In this document: piece by piece, positions 39,167 through 52,687 of the stretch | Numbering within the stretch: position 1 is the stretch's first letter | How the letters are laid out: each line of letters opens with the position of its first letter | Source: Octopus sinensis | Taxonomy: Eukaryota | Direction of reading: 5' to 3' | NCBI RefSeq assembly: GCF_006345805.1 | Contig: NC_043007.1 | Location: 59,458,001 to 59,522,000 of the forward strand | DNA length: 64,000 bases | Notes under the pieces: generated by a model | Database searches by the model: none | What the model was told of the DNA's origin: nothing | The model's input: the letters and a program-made list of their open reading frames with translations, nothing else | Made by a program: the position numbers and the translations under genes

Positions 39167-40412
39167 CAGGGGCTGGACAAAATAATGGAAATACCTCGCA
39201 TCATAGCATCATAATTTTGAAACATCTATAAAACCGCCAAAAGCTTGTTTATTTTGGTTTTTTTATTTATCATTAGTGTTGCTTAATACGTTTTGCTAAA
39301 ATGGCTGTTACTTTTCAGATATCATTAGAAAAAGGTAATTAAAATTCATTAAAATGACAGATCTATCGTACTGTCAAAGAGGTCAAATTGTTGGTGCTCG
39401 TATGGCAGTGCTAGTGTAATGAAAACAGCCAAAATGTTTGGTGTATCAAGAAGTACTGTCTCGAAAATAATGCCAGGCTTTGAGAAAAAGGGAAAAACCT
39501 CCTCGTCAAAACAAAACTCCGGAAGAAAACCAAAACTTTCAGATAGGGACTGTCGGACTCTTATGCGAAAAGATCACAAAAGTACAGCTCCCAAAATTAC
39601 TGCAGAGCTTAACGATCACCTCGAGAACCCAGCGTCTACAAAAAATGTTCGACGGGAGCTGCACGAAGCCAAATTTCACGGGAAGGCTGCAATCAGAAAA
39701 CCACTATTTTGAAAAAACAAACGTTGCAAAGAATTTAGAGTAGAATAAAAACCTACAGAATTGGTCCCAGAGCAGCGAAAGAATGTTCTTTTCTCAGACG
39801 AGTATTCCTTTACCTTATTTCTGACCACCGGCCGAGTATACGTGTGGAGACAGCCAAAAGAAGCATTTGACCCACACTGCTTCCTCCAACTGTTAAAACA
39901 TGGAGGAGGATATGTGTTGATTTGGTGGAAATCTGCTGGCCCAATGGCTTCCCTTCATGGCAAAATTAATAGTCAAGACTATTTAAGCATTTTATCTGAT
40001 CAAATTCATCCTATGGTTGCAGAACTGTTTCCGGAGGGAAATGCAATCTTTCAGGATGATAATGAACCAATTCACACAGCTAAAGTTGTTACTGAATGGT
40101 ACGAGGAACATTCAAATGAAGTTGAACATCTTATCTGGCCACCACAGTCCCCAGACCTCAATATTATTGAACATTTATGGTGCATTTTAGAAAAACAAGT
40201 AAGAAGTCAATATTCTCCACCACCATCACTACAAGATCTGGAGACTGTTTTAGCTGAAGAATGGACAAAAATTCCTTTGGAAACAGTTAAAAATTTGTAC
40301 GAGTCCATACCTTGTAGAATTCAAGCTGTAATTACTGCCATAGGCGGTCCTACCCATATTAAAAAAATTGTTTGAAATTTTAAGGTGCTTCCATTATTTT
40401 GTCCAACCCCTG
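39167..40412 (+). mobile_element. Full-length Tc1/mariner-superfamily element with DD36E triad (Incomer-like), inactivated by frameshifts
   Basis: ~30-bp TIRs caggggctggacaaaataatggaaatacct / aggtgcttccattattttgtccaacccctg with TA on both sides. ATG at 39354 (MTDLSYCQRGQIVGAR), then FSDE...FQDDN...SPDLNIIEHLW. 36 residues lie between the second D and the E, counted by hand. Confidence 0.93.
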
Positions 40413-40485
<73 letters not shown>

Positions 40486-40489
40486 GCAT

Positions 40490-41000
40490 GTAGCGGTTAG
40501 TTCTTCGTTGCAGTCGACGGTTACCATTTGTGACGGTTGTTGTTGAGGTCTTGGTTGCCAGTATGCAAGATGGAAGAACAGTGATTGAAGTTGTACAGAG
40601 ATATTTATTTACCGTTACTTTGTATATATCCAAAACCACGACAGGCTGGTATATATTACTAGTAAATAGAAAAGCATGCGAGGTAAAAAGAGTTCATTTT
40701 GAAGGTTATGTGTATACACGATCTCATAGTAGTATATATAGAGAGATATGGTAATGTTACAGAGAAAAGGAAGTGAGTTAGTGAAAGTGAGAGTGGTGGG
40801 ACGAAACAACTGTTTCGTTGGTGAGTTACCATATTTGTCCCTTTGTGCCTCTTCCGTTTGAGACGGCGTATTGTTCAGCCGGTCAGCCGGACTCGGTCTT
40901 GTTTTTATAACTATCCTAAACCAGCCAGAAGGATAGACATATTGTTGAGAACAATAAATTTCGTTGGTGGTCTGTTATCTCTGTTCTAGCTTTTGGTGGC
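40490..41000 (-). mobile_element. Possible highly decayed Penelope-like RT fragment
   Basis: Frameshifted fragments (TTMRSC, FGYIQS) loosely resemble the TAMGSR and RYIDD motifs. Weak. Confidence 0.3.
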
Positions 41001-42653
41001 CTAGAAGAGGTTAGAAGGGTCAAATGGTAAAGACATTATTCTGCTTAGCGAAGGCATCTAGCAAAAATAACTGCTGTCACTCACAGAAAAACTATTGTTT
41101 TACCGTGAGGGAAGTGCTGTTGAACAGTTAAGTGAAATTTGGCTATCGAGGATCGAATCCACACCATTCTTGCATGAACCACTGCACACACACACACACA
41201 CACCACACACACACATGTATATATGCCATTCACACTAGCACATTCAAGCGCTTCAGAATCCGGTGCTTTATGCACCCATTTAATTTTCAGTACAGAGGGC
41301 AAACATCGCTGATGAAATCGCTCGAGTAATTTTAGGTGCTTCTAATATATTATCTAATATATTATAAAGAAAGGATGAGAGCATACACTGTAACCTTTGT
41401 GTTTTTGATAATATTTCTATTGGACAAAGCTCACCCTTCAAGATTCTTGAAAGCCTGAGATGCTTTTTGAAGACAGTTCGCTATTTCATCATCTCAAGAA
41501 CAAAAACGATTCAGCACATTCCAAGACACGTAAATTTATCTACAGAACATTTAGTTTTGTGTTTTGAAGAAAAACCTCAGGTTCATAATATGTGTTCGAA
41601 GCTAGTTGAAATACAAGAATAGTTTCTTCTAACGTTATTGTTTGCCCAAAGGCCATACAAGATTCATCAAGTTTAAGCATTAGGTGTTGCATGTCACTGA
41701 TTGGACTGATTACCAACTCACAGTCATATATCACTTATTAGAAAGGTAAACGCGCTCGCACGCACACACACACATACATATACACACACATACATATACA
41801 CACACATATAAGTACGTATATATGCACCCCCCCCACACACGTATGTATGTATATATGCACACATACATATATACATACATGTTTCTGTGGATGACTGAAC
41901 CATTTACATGTGAATTCAGGAACTGACAAATCAGTCGATCGAACAACTCGAATTCTGATCGTCGAACGACGGAAATCCTCCACCATTACACTGGGCATTT
42001 TAGCAATCGATGGGGTGTACTAAACTTTAGATAACATTTGATATCAGCATTGCAAGTTAGTGAGATATTCATCAATTATAGAATGTCCCCCTCCACTACC
42101 TTTACCACTGACTTTATTGAAGATCCATGCATTTAATTGATGATTGGTGTTTGCTTACAGTTACGCTGACTGGGACTACTCAGTGTTAAGACTCTTTGTT
42201 GTAAATAATACCGAGAGCCAGTGAGGCGATACGAAAAAGCCATTTATTTAACTGACAGAGTAACACTTTATCAACCCGGGTAGCTGAGATTCTTATTCAA
42301 TCATTACGGGTCTTAGTTCACACACTCTGAAAGAAAATTACCGATTGAGAATCTTCTAATGATCGACGTAGAGTATTAGTGAATGAATCTGATGTTAAGA
42401 ACTTCATGTGAAGACAGGACTTAAAGGAAATTAAACAGGCTTTCGAAAGTTTACGTGAGCAGAATAAATATTAGTTTTGCACTTCGTATTTTCTCCTTGC
42501 AAATAATTTGTCATATACGTTATTTACGTTGATGTGCCGGTATCTATCCACGTAAGTAAATGTGTACGTGTGCATGTGTGTATATGTGTGAGTGTATGAA
42601 TGTATAAAAGGTATAAATGTATGTATGCATTTGTGTGCATGCATTTCTCTAAG

Positions 42654-42709
<56 letters not shown>

Positions 42710-43339
42710 GACACAAACAAACACGCATATGTATATATATGTGTGCGTGTGTGTGACTATTTATACATATATAATAGCATACTTATATAAAAAAATTAAA
42801 AAGGGACACGCACACATACATATTACAATGAAAACGTATCGATAATATATCGACAGGAGTGTGTGAATGTATTGGTTGGGGAAGAGAAAGTAAAAAAAAA
42901 AAAGAAGAAAACATAATTAAGCAGTTAGAAAGTGATACATATTTGTGTGTGTGTGTGTGTGTATTTGTATATGTGTATCTGTACATATGTATGTATTAGC
43001 GAGTGTGTAGTGTTGAAAACACGACTGTGTTGTAGTTTTATCTGTTTTTTTTCCTTACTGTATGTTATTTTTTCTTTGATGTTTCCTCTAAGAGTCTGTT
43101 CAAACTCAGTAAAGTTCCGTGCTTACGATTCTAGCTTTTACTTGTGCTTTTTATTTATCCCCTTTTAAGTAATAAAATCCCACACGGATAATATACATTT
43201 GTGTTTTAATAAAATATCTACATTCACAGAAACAGGAAAGAAGAGAGATAAGAAAGAAAAAGAAACAAAGTGGGGGTGGGAAAAGCTGTGAAAGATGGAG
43301 AGAAAGGGGTGATGGGCCTCATATTGCAGAACAAGTGGA

Positions 43340-43740
43340 TTGCTCATTCGCGCCACGCGGTAATGACCGTGATGATGTTGCAGCGGAGAATGGCCAACGA
43401 AACTCACTGCAGCAGCCACTCCACCTCTCGCGGCTCATTTTCCCGACGGGCCACCGTTATCCCTATTTTGTGGAAGAAATTGGTAGTATGGGGTCCTAGC
43501 ACACCTGACGTCTCGACGACGATCGGCACAAACTGATAGCAGCCGGTCAGGTCGCTACATTTACTGATTTTTCTTTCTTCCGACTTACGGGCGGCGACAC
43601 CAAGGTTTGCAGCAGGAGCTACAAGATTGGAGCCGGAGAACCTGTGACTGCACGTTGCATCGCAGACTACCGCCCTCAAATGGGAAGTGGGCTATCCTAT
43701 CGGGGCACTTACCGAGGTGTACTTACTTGCCAGGCGAGTT
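43340..43740 (-). mobile_element. CRE-clade-like LINE, restriction-like endonuclease (RLE) remnant
   Basis: GKCPDRIAHFPF / RAVVCDATC...AARKSEERKISKCSDL...QFVPIVVETSGVLGP...EPREVEWLLQ*VSLA matches the RPDG...WD.TC...KY...FVP.AVETLG.WG pattern. Confidence 0.75.
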
Positions 43741-44169
43741 TTTGGCCTGAGACCCTTCGTTGAAACTAAAACAATTACAGCTGGAAGACACATATTAACC
43801 ATTCAAAAACACAAAAGATGGTTGACTTCACTGAAACATTTATTATATATGGTGTCAGGATTTTCGCCGTACCAACTACAGCCTGGTCACCGACGTGATT
43901 CTAGTGATGCATGGAAATTTCGACATCCAATAATATATATTTAAGTTAACAGTTTTTGGGTGTTTTTCAAACAGAAAAGCTCTCCCTCACTGTGATAAAA
44001 TAAAAAAAAAACTTCCTACTAAAACAATATATACTCTGGTAATATCATCACAAACGAAGCACCAGTTTCTCTCTACTGCCAATGGTAAGATCGTTAGCAT
44101 CAAAACCTTCATGATGGATGAGAAGAGCTGCCTGTTAACTTACCACAGGACAAGGACTTATGTGGAGGC

Positions 44170-44395
44170 TTCTGCCTGGCCACTCGACCTGCTAGATGTA
44201 GCAGTTAAATCTTCCTCAAGTAGTGCGCTAGTGTCTAAAACAAATTTGGGGCACATTGGAGTATGTAGGCCTAGACATGCCCCCGAAATAGCAGTGGTGG
44301 TCACAGATGGAAAGCTTTGTTTTGATCATCGGTGTGGTCGATGACTATCGATATGGGGTTAAAGGACAACAGCAACCACAACAACAGCCACAGCA
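44170..44395 (+). mobile_element. SINE-like repeat, family E, with (CAA)n tail
   Basis: ctcgacctgctagatgtagcag...ggggttaaaggacaacagcaacc. Related fragments at ~24075-24230 and ~11755-11780. Confidence 0.5.
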
Positions 44396-44399
44396 ACTC

Positions 44400-44990
44400 T
44401 ATCCATATACTAAGACCATGAAGTTATTATTTGACTTTATTTTTAAACATTCTATATCGCCATTTTGTTTCACATCGTGACTCCAAATGTTTCTCCAGAA
44501 TCCCTTTGTCCCTTCCTCGTTTGAAGGTACGTTCAACGTAGCATCTCCACTTAGTTCCTTGTAAAATCTACTCTGATCTGTTTCGAATTTGTTTTTCACT
44601 GTTCAATTCTGTTAGTGTCTCTCTTGATCTTGGCAGCTTCCAGTTTTGTCATTTGTTTTAGTTCTTCCATCGCTCTCCTATATCCTTTTTGTTTCAGTTA
44701 GTATTTTCTTAGGATTGCTTCAGGGAATCTACTTTTTATCTCCGTTGCAAAGAATCACTACCCTCGCAAGATCTTTTTACAACTAGTCTACCCGTCCCTG
44801 CCATCGTCTTTTCCGTGATGTTTCTTTTCCTGCAATATCTTTATTCCAAGTCTTTCCATTACTACAACTGCTGTAGCACACATTAAGTTGCTGGCCATGG
44901 TGTTATCATTATTTCTGATTTTGATCAAGACTTGGCTAACTCCTTGCATCTCTCACTATTTTGTTCTTTATCGTTTTTTAAAAATTAAAT
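44400..44990 (-). mobile_element. R4/Dong-clade LINE fragment (pre-RT region)
   Basis: LIKIRNNDNTMASNLMCATAVVVMERLG and KFETDQSRFYKELSG...FWRNIWS are homologous to the pre-RT part of 52840-56228. Confidence 0.75.
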
Positions 44991-45261
44991 GAAGAATCTC
45001 CCAGACGAAAAATAACTATATAAGACGGATTGATGTTAATGACTCTGAAAGTAGAGACATTGTGGTTCAAATACCATATATTGAGAGACTCCTAACTGCG
45101 GACGAGGAATTAGAACATAACTTTTCCGATGAAGAGCTGGTCATTGTTGACAAGCTGGTAGTCTACATTATATTACCTAATCAAATGAAAGAAAAAAAAG
45201 AAAGGTTACCATTGGCCAAGAAAGGGAGCATGACCAAAGGTAACTTTTATATAATTATTAT

Positions 45262-47320
45262 TTACTCTTAATCTGCATGTTTGTTACAATCACTTGCCGA
45301 GACACACCCGGCGTTCTGGGGCGAGTGAAGGATAAGAGATGTTAAAGGATGCTTTGAGTCCTGAGCTTCTCAACCATTGCTGGGATTTTTCTTTGTCTAT
45401 TTCTTTTGCATTTAGTTTAGTCCAGTATTTACCATGAAGGGGCTTTTCTTGCCATCGTTTTATCATGGTTCTTTACTGTTCTAGTTTTAGCTTGGATTTC
45501 ATTTGTTTTATAGCTTTTGTTGTTTCTTCATCACCTTCTTCTTCTTCTTCTTCTTCTTCTTCTTCTTCTTCTTCTTCTTCTTCTTCTTCTTCTTCTTCTT
45601 CTTCTTCTTCTTCTTCTTCTTCTTCTTCTTCTTCTTCTTCTTCTTCTTCTTCTTCTTCTTCTTCTTCTTCATATTTATTAGGTGTTATGATTTCTTGTTT
45701 GTATTTAAGCTTCCTTAAATATTGAGAACAGTTTTTTGTTTTGCTCGTGTTTTGCCGCTATTTGAATCAGTTTTCCTTCCTTCTGAAGTAGATATTTTTG
45801 CAGTCCTATGGTGGTTATTTTATAGTAGTTTTCCAGCTGTATAAGGCCTCTACCACCTTCTATACGTTGTATATATAGTCTTTCTATGTCAGATTTTGGG
45901 TGATGCATCCTAGATCCTGTCATTATTTTTCTTGTTTTCCTATCTATTTTGGTCAGTTCATTTAGTGTCCAGTTAAGGATATTGTAGCTGTAACTTATAA
46001 CTGGGACAGCTAAAGTGTTAATACCTATTATCTTGTTTTTAGCATTGAGCTCTGTTTTTAGTATTTATCTAACTCGTCTATAATATTCTTTTTTTATTTT
46101 CTCTTTCATTTGTGTGTGTTGTGTCTTATCTAGTTCATGGATTCCTAAGTATTTGTAAGTTTGGCTTTGGTCTAATTCTTTTATTTCATTGGTTTTATCT
46201 AGTGTGATGTTGCTACTCTTAACTAGTTTTCCTCTTTTCATATCTATTTATTTGATAAATCCATCAACTGTCTTTAATAGTGTTTCCAGCTGTTTGTCAT
46301 TTGCAGCGTATAGTTTTAGGTCATCCATATATAAAAGGTAGCTGATCGTTTTGCCGTAACATTTATATCCACATCCAGTTCTATTTAGCATATCAGATAG
46401 AGGTGACAGTGCCAAGCAGAAAAGGAGTGGAGAGAGCGTGTCTTCCTGGAATATTCCTCTTCTAATGGGGATGGCTTTGGTTTTCATGAGTCCCTCTTTT
46501 GTTTGGAGCTGTAACACTGTTTGCCATTTATTCATAGAGTGTCCTATGAATTTTATAATTGTTGGTGCTACTTTGTTAATGGCTAGTGTTTCGAGGATCC
46601 ATGTGTGGGGGATGCTATCAAACGCCTTTTTGTAGTCGATCCAGGCCATACTGAGGCCTTTCTTCTTTCTGTGGCTGTCTTCAGTTATGGCTTTATTAAT
46701 CATTAGTTGATCTTTACAGCCATATGAGCCTTTGCGGCATCCTTTCTGCTCTTCTGGAAACAGGTTGTTTTCGTCTAGGTGCTTGTTCAACCTTTGCGAT
46801 ATCACTGCAGTAAATGCCTTGTACATTGTAGGGAGACAGGTTATTGGTCTGTAGTTTTCTGGTTTTGCTGTCTCATTTGATTTAGGAATTAAGATGGTTT
46901 TCCCCTTCGTGAGCCATTCAGGCATTGTCTCTGGCTCTGCTAGTATGTTGTTAAAGTTTTCAGCCAGCTTTTTGTGCATTCCTGTTAGATTTTTCAACCA
47001 GAAGTTGGGGATCTTGTCATGCCCAGGTGCCTTCCAGTTGCTTAGTCTTTGAAGTGTCTGGGTGACCTCTTCAGTTGTTATGGGGGTCCAAAGTTGTTCA
47101 GATGCTGAGTTTGTTGTTTTAATACTCCTTTTTTTTTGGTTGTTCGTTCGCCGACCATATTTCTCTCCAGAATTCTTCCACTTCTACTGCTGTTGGTGCT
47201 ACAGTGATTTCTATTTTATTTTTGCCAAGTTCTTGGTAGAACTTTTTGGGGTTGGAGTTGAACTTTTTGTTTTGTTCAAAGAAGCGCTGGCGTTTCTCGT
47301 ACCGGCGGATCCTTTGTGCT
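45262..47320 (-). mobile_element. R4/Dong-clade LINE (RT domain; RLE region deleted; 3' end in TAA repeats)
   Basis: 249-aa ORF with NYRPITCL, QKGCR, WIDYKKAFDSIPH, GIFQ.D.LSPLLF and LYMDDLKLYA. Downstream HPKSDIERLYI...GGRGL and WQEKPLHGKY. Ends at taaataataat (~45252-45264). Confidence 0.92.
45536..45670 (-). repeat. (GAA)45 tract inside the LINE reading frame
   Basis: 135 nt of perfect TTC repeat between ...PNKY and GDEETTKAIK on the minus strand. Confidence 0.9.
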
Positions 47321-48080
47321 ATAACTACTGGGATACATTTTCCCCTCACTTTTCATAGCCTCTGTAATTTAATGGCTAGATCCTGGTACTTTGCTATATT
47401 TTCAATACCTCGCATATTAATTTTTTCATCATTTGGCACTGTAAAGTCAATTATCTGGCATTTTTCATTCTCTTTATTTAATACTAATAAATCAAGCTTT
47501 CTATCTTCTATTACTCTGTCAGTCTGAATGTTAAAGTCCCACAACATCTTGTATTTCATATTTTCTAGTACTTGACTAGGTTCATGTTCATACCATTTAT
47601 CAGTATGTTCAAATCCTAGCTTTCTACATAACTCCTAGTGGATTACTCTCCCTAAGTTGTCTTGTTTTTTCTTGTATTCTTTTTGTACTAGAATGCTACA
47701 TTCACTTACTATATGAATAACGGTTTACTCTTTTGATTTGCATAACCTACATTGAGAATCTATTTGTTTTTTCTATCTTGGTTTTTATCCAATTAGTCTT
47801 AATGCTTGATCCTATGCTGCTACTAACAAATTCTCGGTATCCCTTTTCAGCTTTCCTTTCTGCAACCATAACCATGTCTTTACTACTACTTTTTGCTGCA
47901 ACTTTCTTTGGAAATCTACCATGCAATGCCTTATCCTCTCAGTCAGATAATTTCTGTTCATTTTTTCTGGGTTTTAAACTTTGTTTGGGGTTTTGGCTTT
48001 CCTATGTCTTGCTATGAGTCTAACAGCTTTTAATAAACTTTCTTTATTATTACCTACATAGAAGTCTAGATCTACTCTAG
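47320..48080 (-). mobile_element. R4/Dong-clade LINE 3' fragment (zinc knuckle plus RLE)
   Basis: ALHGRF, CKSKE*TVIHIVSEC, DKWYEHEP and MLWDFNIQTDRVIEDRKLDL...IIDFTVP...KYQDL...IPVVI. Preceded on the minus strand by a short AAT repeat (~48080-48090). Confidence 0.88.
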
Positions 48081-48419
48081 AATTATTATTGAATGAGAGA
48101 GCAATTCACGTCATCAAAGTGACACTGGGGTATAAATATACGAAGTCCATCATGCCCATCATGGCTTCACGTCTGATAAAGGCACACCAGGCACATGCAT
48201 CACAGCCATATGTGCACGACATAATAATCTCACATCAAGACAAACAGCACATGACCTTGAAGTTGGGGTCTAGTTAGAATTTTCTTCAGGTCGCTCAAAA
48301 GGTCTCTGAATAAGGTTTGTTTAAGGATGATGAACGAAACACCCATGCTACCAGTGGGGAATTCACATTGTCCTTTATAGTAGCATGTTGTATACTATCT
48401 CCTTCGTTTATTACCAGGT

Positions 48420-48722
48420 ATTAATAACTTTCTTGTGAGTCAAGATCCTTGATAGTAGCGTCAGTAACTAATTTAATGGAGGCTGTTTGTCTGAGTTTGC
48501 CTCTTACAAAAGTTGCTTTAGCATATTTATCGAGGCCGAAACCCATCCCGATGTCATTTCTAAACTCTTTAACAGTTGCTAGCAGCCCTATTAGCTCTTG
48601 GTAATTTCTAGCAAACAGCTTTAGATCATCCATATAAAACAGCTGGTTTATTATAGTGTTATAGATTTTGTACCCATACCTGGTGCTATTCAGTTCGTTT
48701 GAGAGTGGAATTAATGCCACCA
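48420..48722 (-). mobile_element. R4/Dong-clade RT fragment next to an (ACC)n array
   Basis: LIPLSNELNSTRYGY...QLFYMDDLKLFA...FRNDIGMGFGLDKYAKATF. (ACC)n spans ~48720-48860. Confidence 0.88.
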
Positions 48723-49149
48723 GCACCACCACCAAAACCACCACCAAAACCTCCACCACCACCACCACCACCACCACCACCACACCACCACCACCACCAC
48801 CACCACCACCACCACCACCACCACCACCACCACCACCACCACCACAACCACCACCACCTTAAAAATAAAGTGTAAGTTAACCAGAAAAGAGTTTCATTCA
48901 AGTCTATCTCTATGATTGTTTCAAAGGATGCTTCTTCACATCGTTAATGTACAATCCATTAAGGAAATCCAAAGGCAATCCCTTTTCATCAGCAGAAAAC
49001 TTATAAAGGCTTCACATTTCCGGTAGTCACAGACAAGTTAAAATAGACAAGTTAAAATAAGAATTCATACACATATACATATGTGTGTGTGTGAGTGTAT
49101 GAACACGCTTACATATACATATGTATACATATATAGATTATGTCATATT

Positions 49150-49668
49150 TCTGTGGAAGACATCACACGTGATTAGCAGTTGCCCCCAAAATATCTTCAA
49201 CGTTGGCGCAAAAACAATATACAATGCCATTCAAATAAAAGACTGTCCTGAAATAAATACAGAGAACCTCCCTATTATTGAATACATACACAAACATCAA
49301 CAGAAAAAGAACTGGCGGAACATTTCCATCAAAACACTTGTCAAGTGTAAACATAACAGGACAGGTATTGTTGTTTGAGACAGACAAGAAAAAATATGTC
49401 CCGTCACAGAGGTCAGCTGTGCTGCTCATGTGAAAGAGGATAACTATGGACGACTGCTCTGAAACCACCAGTTTCTGTATCCAGATTATAAATTCATATT
49501 TATACCAATAATAATTGGTGCATTTAGTTTTGTGAGTAAATGCCTAAGTAACAATCTGCATAAGCTAGGGTTTTTCAGAAAAAGAAATCAACAAATTGAT
49601 TCGCAGACAGAATTGGCAAGTGGAACAGGAAAAATATGCAAAACTTCTCTCATGTTAAAACTGTGATA
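49150..49668 (+). mobile_element. RLE-type LINE 3' fragment (different family)
   Basis: HVISSCP...KTIYNAI...KCKHNR.GIVV...EVSC...KEDNYG...YPDYKFIFIPIIIGA...KICKT. Confidence 0.75.
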
Positions 49669-50014
49669 TTGTTTTTGCTATCTACATTTCGACGATGGAG
49701 TTCGGTATCTTTGTTAGAAAGCTCGTTTCTCAGAGAAAGAATTTAAATAATTAAAAATAGTAGGGAACATACATAAATGCATACACACATACATACATAC
49801 ATATATACATACATACATACATACATACATACATACATACATACATACATACATACATACATACATGCATACATACATACATACATACACCAAGGAGTAG
49901 AGTTTTTCGTGTTTCTAGACATTGTTTTTATCGATACCAGACAGAACTTTTTATTGGTTCCAATTTTCGTTTTGATTCCACATTTTAGTCACCCAGTAAG
50001 AAACACAAACAACA

Positions 50015-50125
<111 letters not shown>

Positions 50126-50521
50126 GCGCACACACACACACACAACATGTACAGACATTCACTGTCTTTGGTTTAAATCACCAAATTACCAATACGAACA
50201 CAAATCTATTTCTTGTATCGATCAACCGCCATTCCTCGTTTTCTTTTTAATTTTGTTTCTCCTCTAAAAAGTCAATTTATCTTTGAAGATCTGTGTTTGA
50301 AAGATAACTCACATTACACGTGCGCGCACAAACACTGCTCCTCCCCTTACACCTTTATACACACATGCATACATACAGAAAACAAAGCAGCCACATATAC
50401 CTACAGTTGCATATACCTCATACCTACGCACATTTTCTAGTTATATATCTACTTGTGAGCTTTTATGTTTGTATCTATGCGCATATGCATTTATGTATAT
50501 ATATATATGCATTTATATATA

Positions 50522-50574
<53 letters not shown>

Positions 50575-50823
50575 TATACATATACATATACATACATATA
50601 TAAATACATATATATGTGTGCGTATGTATATATATATATATATGTGTGTGTATATATATATATATATATTCGTATATATGCATATATACAATTATATGAA
50701 TACATGTATGTACGTAAATGCACAACACACACACACACATGCACAGACAGACATACACATACACACTCACACACGCACACACATACATAGATACACACAC
50801 GCATGCACGCGCACACACGCACG

Positions 50824-50856
<33 letters not shown>

Positions 50857-51964
50857 CACACACACACACACAAACTTGTGTACTAATCTCTTCTTCCGAC
50901 GGATTCTGTGTTCCATTTTCGTTGCTGAAAAAAGCCTTCTTTTTGATGTTTTAGTTTATTCTACGTATTTTTCTTTTTTACTTGTGTGGTTTTACACCTT
51001 TTAGAGTGTAGTTGTTGTTGCCGCCATATATTCTATATGTATGTATCTTCACAAGATATAAACTTTTCATCTTTTTCTTGCCCCAAACGAGAACAATAAA
51101 CAAGAAGGTCGCTCTGTCAGTGTGTTACCTTGCATTCAGCAAATACATTGCATGCAAGCAGAAACTGAACCACCTAACAGAGGAAGAAAAAAAAGAAAGA
51201 AGAAAAAAAGAAGAGATATACTCTTTCTGCGCACGCACGAGCACAGTGATATTCTGGAACGAAAGTGCATAGACCAACATAAATGAGTGGTTCGTTTTTT
51301 AGTTGTACAAAGTTATGGGAAATAACGAAAATCGTGAATAAGCTGATTAGAGTAAGATCGATGTACACACACACACGCGCGCGCGCAACACCGCTTTTAT
51401 ATGTAAATACGACATACACATATATTCCATGACTCGCATATCCACTACTAAGACATTGATGTGCACAAAAACAGTGTGTCTAATAGATCTGATATATTCG
51501 TGTATGCATGCATTACTGTACGTATGTAAGTATGTATTTTTGTATGTATAGTGATGGATGCATAGCAAAAAGTCAAATCTGCATACATGCAAAGTTGAAA
51601 CTAAATCAGAACAATCAGACTGATATCATCTGACAGGATAAGGCAATCATCAGGTATGCATATATTTGCATATGTATGTATATATGGGTATGCAGGTTAT
51701 TTCGAAAATACCTCTAGGAGTGATGACCATGCCCTGCATAATTACAGGTTGCTCTTTGGAAAGGTATAGTACCCATTCAGGTATATGGTAAAGTCCTGGA
51801 ACTGCAGTACACCAGATTGTGATAAGGTAACAGAAGAGCTCAACTGAGCCAATGGTGCTTCTTACCATTAATGCTGAGTGGAGGATTTCTAGAAGATCAA
51901 CACTCAGAGTCACCAAATTCTATCAAGAGAGTAACTGCAATGTATCCTTAGGGTTGGCATCCAT

Positions 51965-52110
51965 GGTTACTCTTTTACTCTTTGACTCTTTTACTTGTTT
52001 CAGCCATTTGACTGTGGCCATGCTGGGGCACCGCCTTTAGTCGAGCACATCGACCTCAGGACTTATTCTTTGTAAGCCTAGTACTTATTCTATCAGTCTC
52101 TTTCGCCGAA
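51965..52110 (-). mobile_element. SINE family A, 3' half
   Basis: gactgtggccatgctggggcaccgcctttagtcgagc...gccgaaccgc. Confidence 0.75.
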
Positions 52111-52213
52111 CCGCATATGCATGTATGTATGTATGTATGTATATATATATAAACTAAATAAACAGATAGCTAGATAGATATGTATGAATACATGTACTTT
52201 TGCCTTTTTGTGT

Positions 52214-52274
<61 letters not shown>

Positions 52275-52285
52275 TAATAATAATA

Positions 52286-52687
52286 GAGTTTGACAAGCTC
52301 AGAAAATATAAAGACCTACTCATTGAAATTGAGAAAATGTGGCATCTCAAGGCGGTTACAATACCAGTGATCGTAGGAGCACTAGGAATGATCAAGAAGG
52401 GAACCGAAAATTATATGAGAATGATCCCTGGCTTACCATCCCTGCAAGAAGTGCAAAAGATTGTCTTAACTGGTACATCACACGTATTGAGAAGAGCATT
52501 GTCGATGTGAGAATTGTTGCTGCTCATGTATTTTAATTTAACTTAAAAAAAAAAAAAAAAAAAAATTAACGAACTATTGAGTTTGGTTTAATGGCCTACC
52601 AATGTATACTATGAGTTTCTTTGCCCTAGGAGTCGGGAAGACACTTGGCAAGAAATGGAAGCAAATTTGAAAGAAGAAAAAAAAAAG
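52286..52687 (+). mobile_element. Short 5'-truncated R4/Dong-clade insertion inside a (TAA)n tract
   Basis: Intact 75-aa RLE C-terminus EFDKLRKYKDLLIEIEKMW...IPVIVGALG...LRRALSM* plus 3' UTR. (TAA)n lies at 52215-52285 and 52688-52710. Confidence 0.92.
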
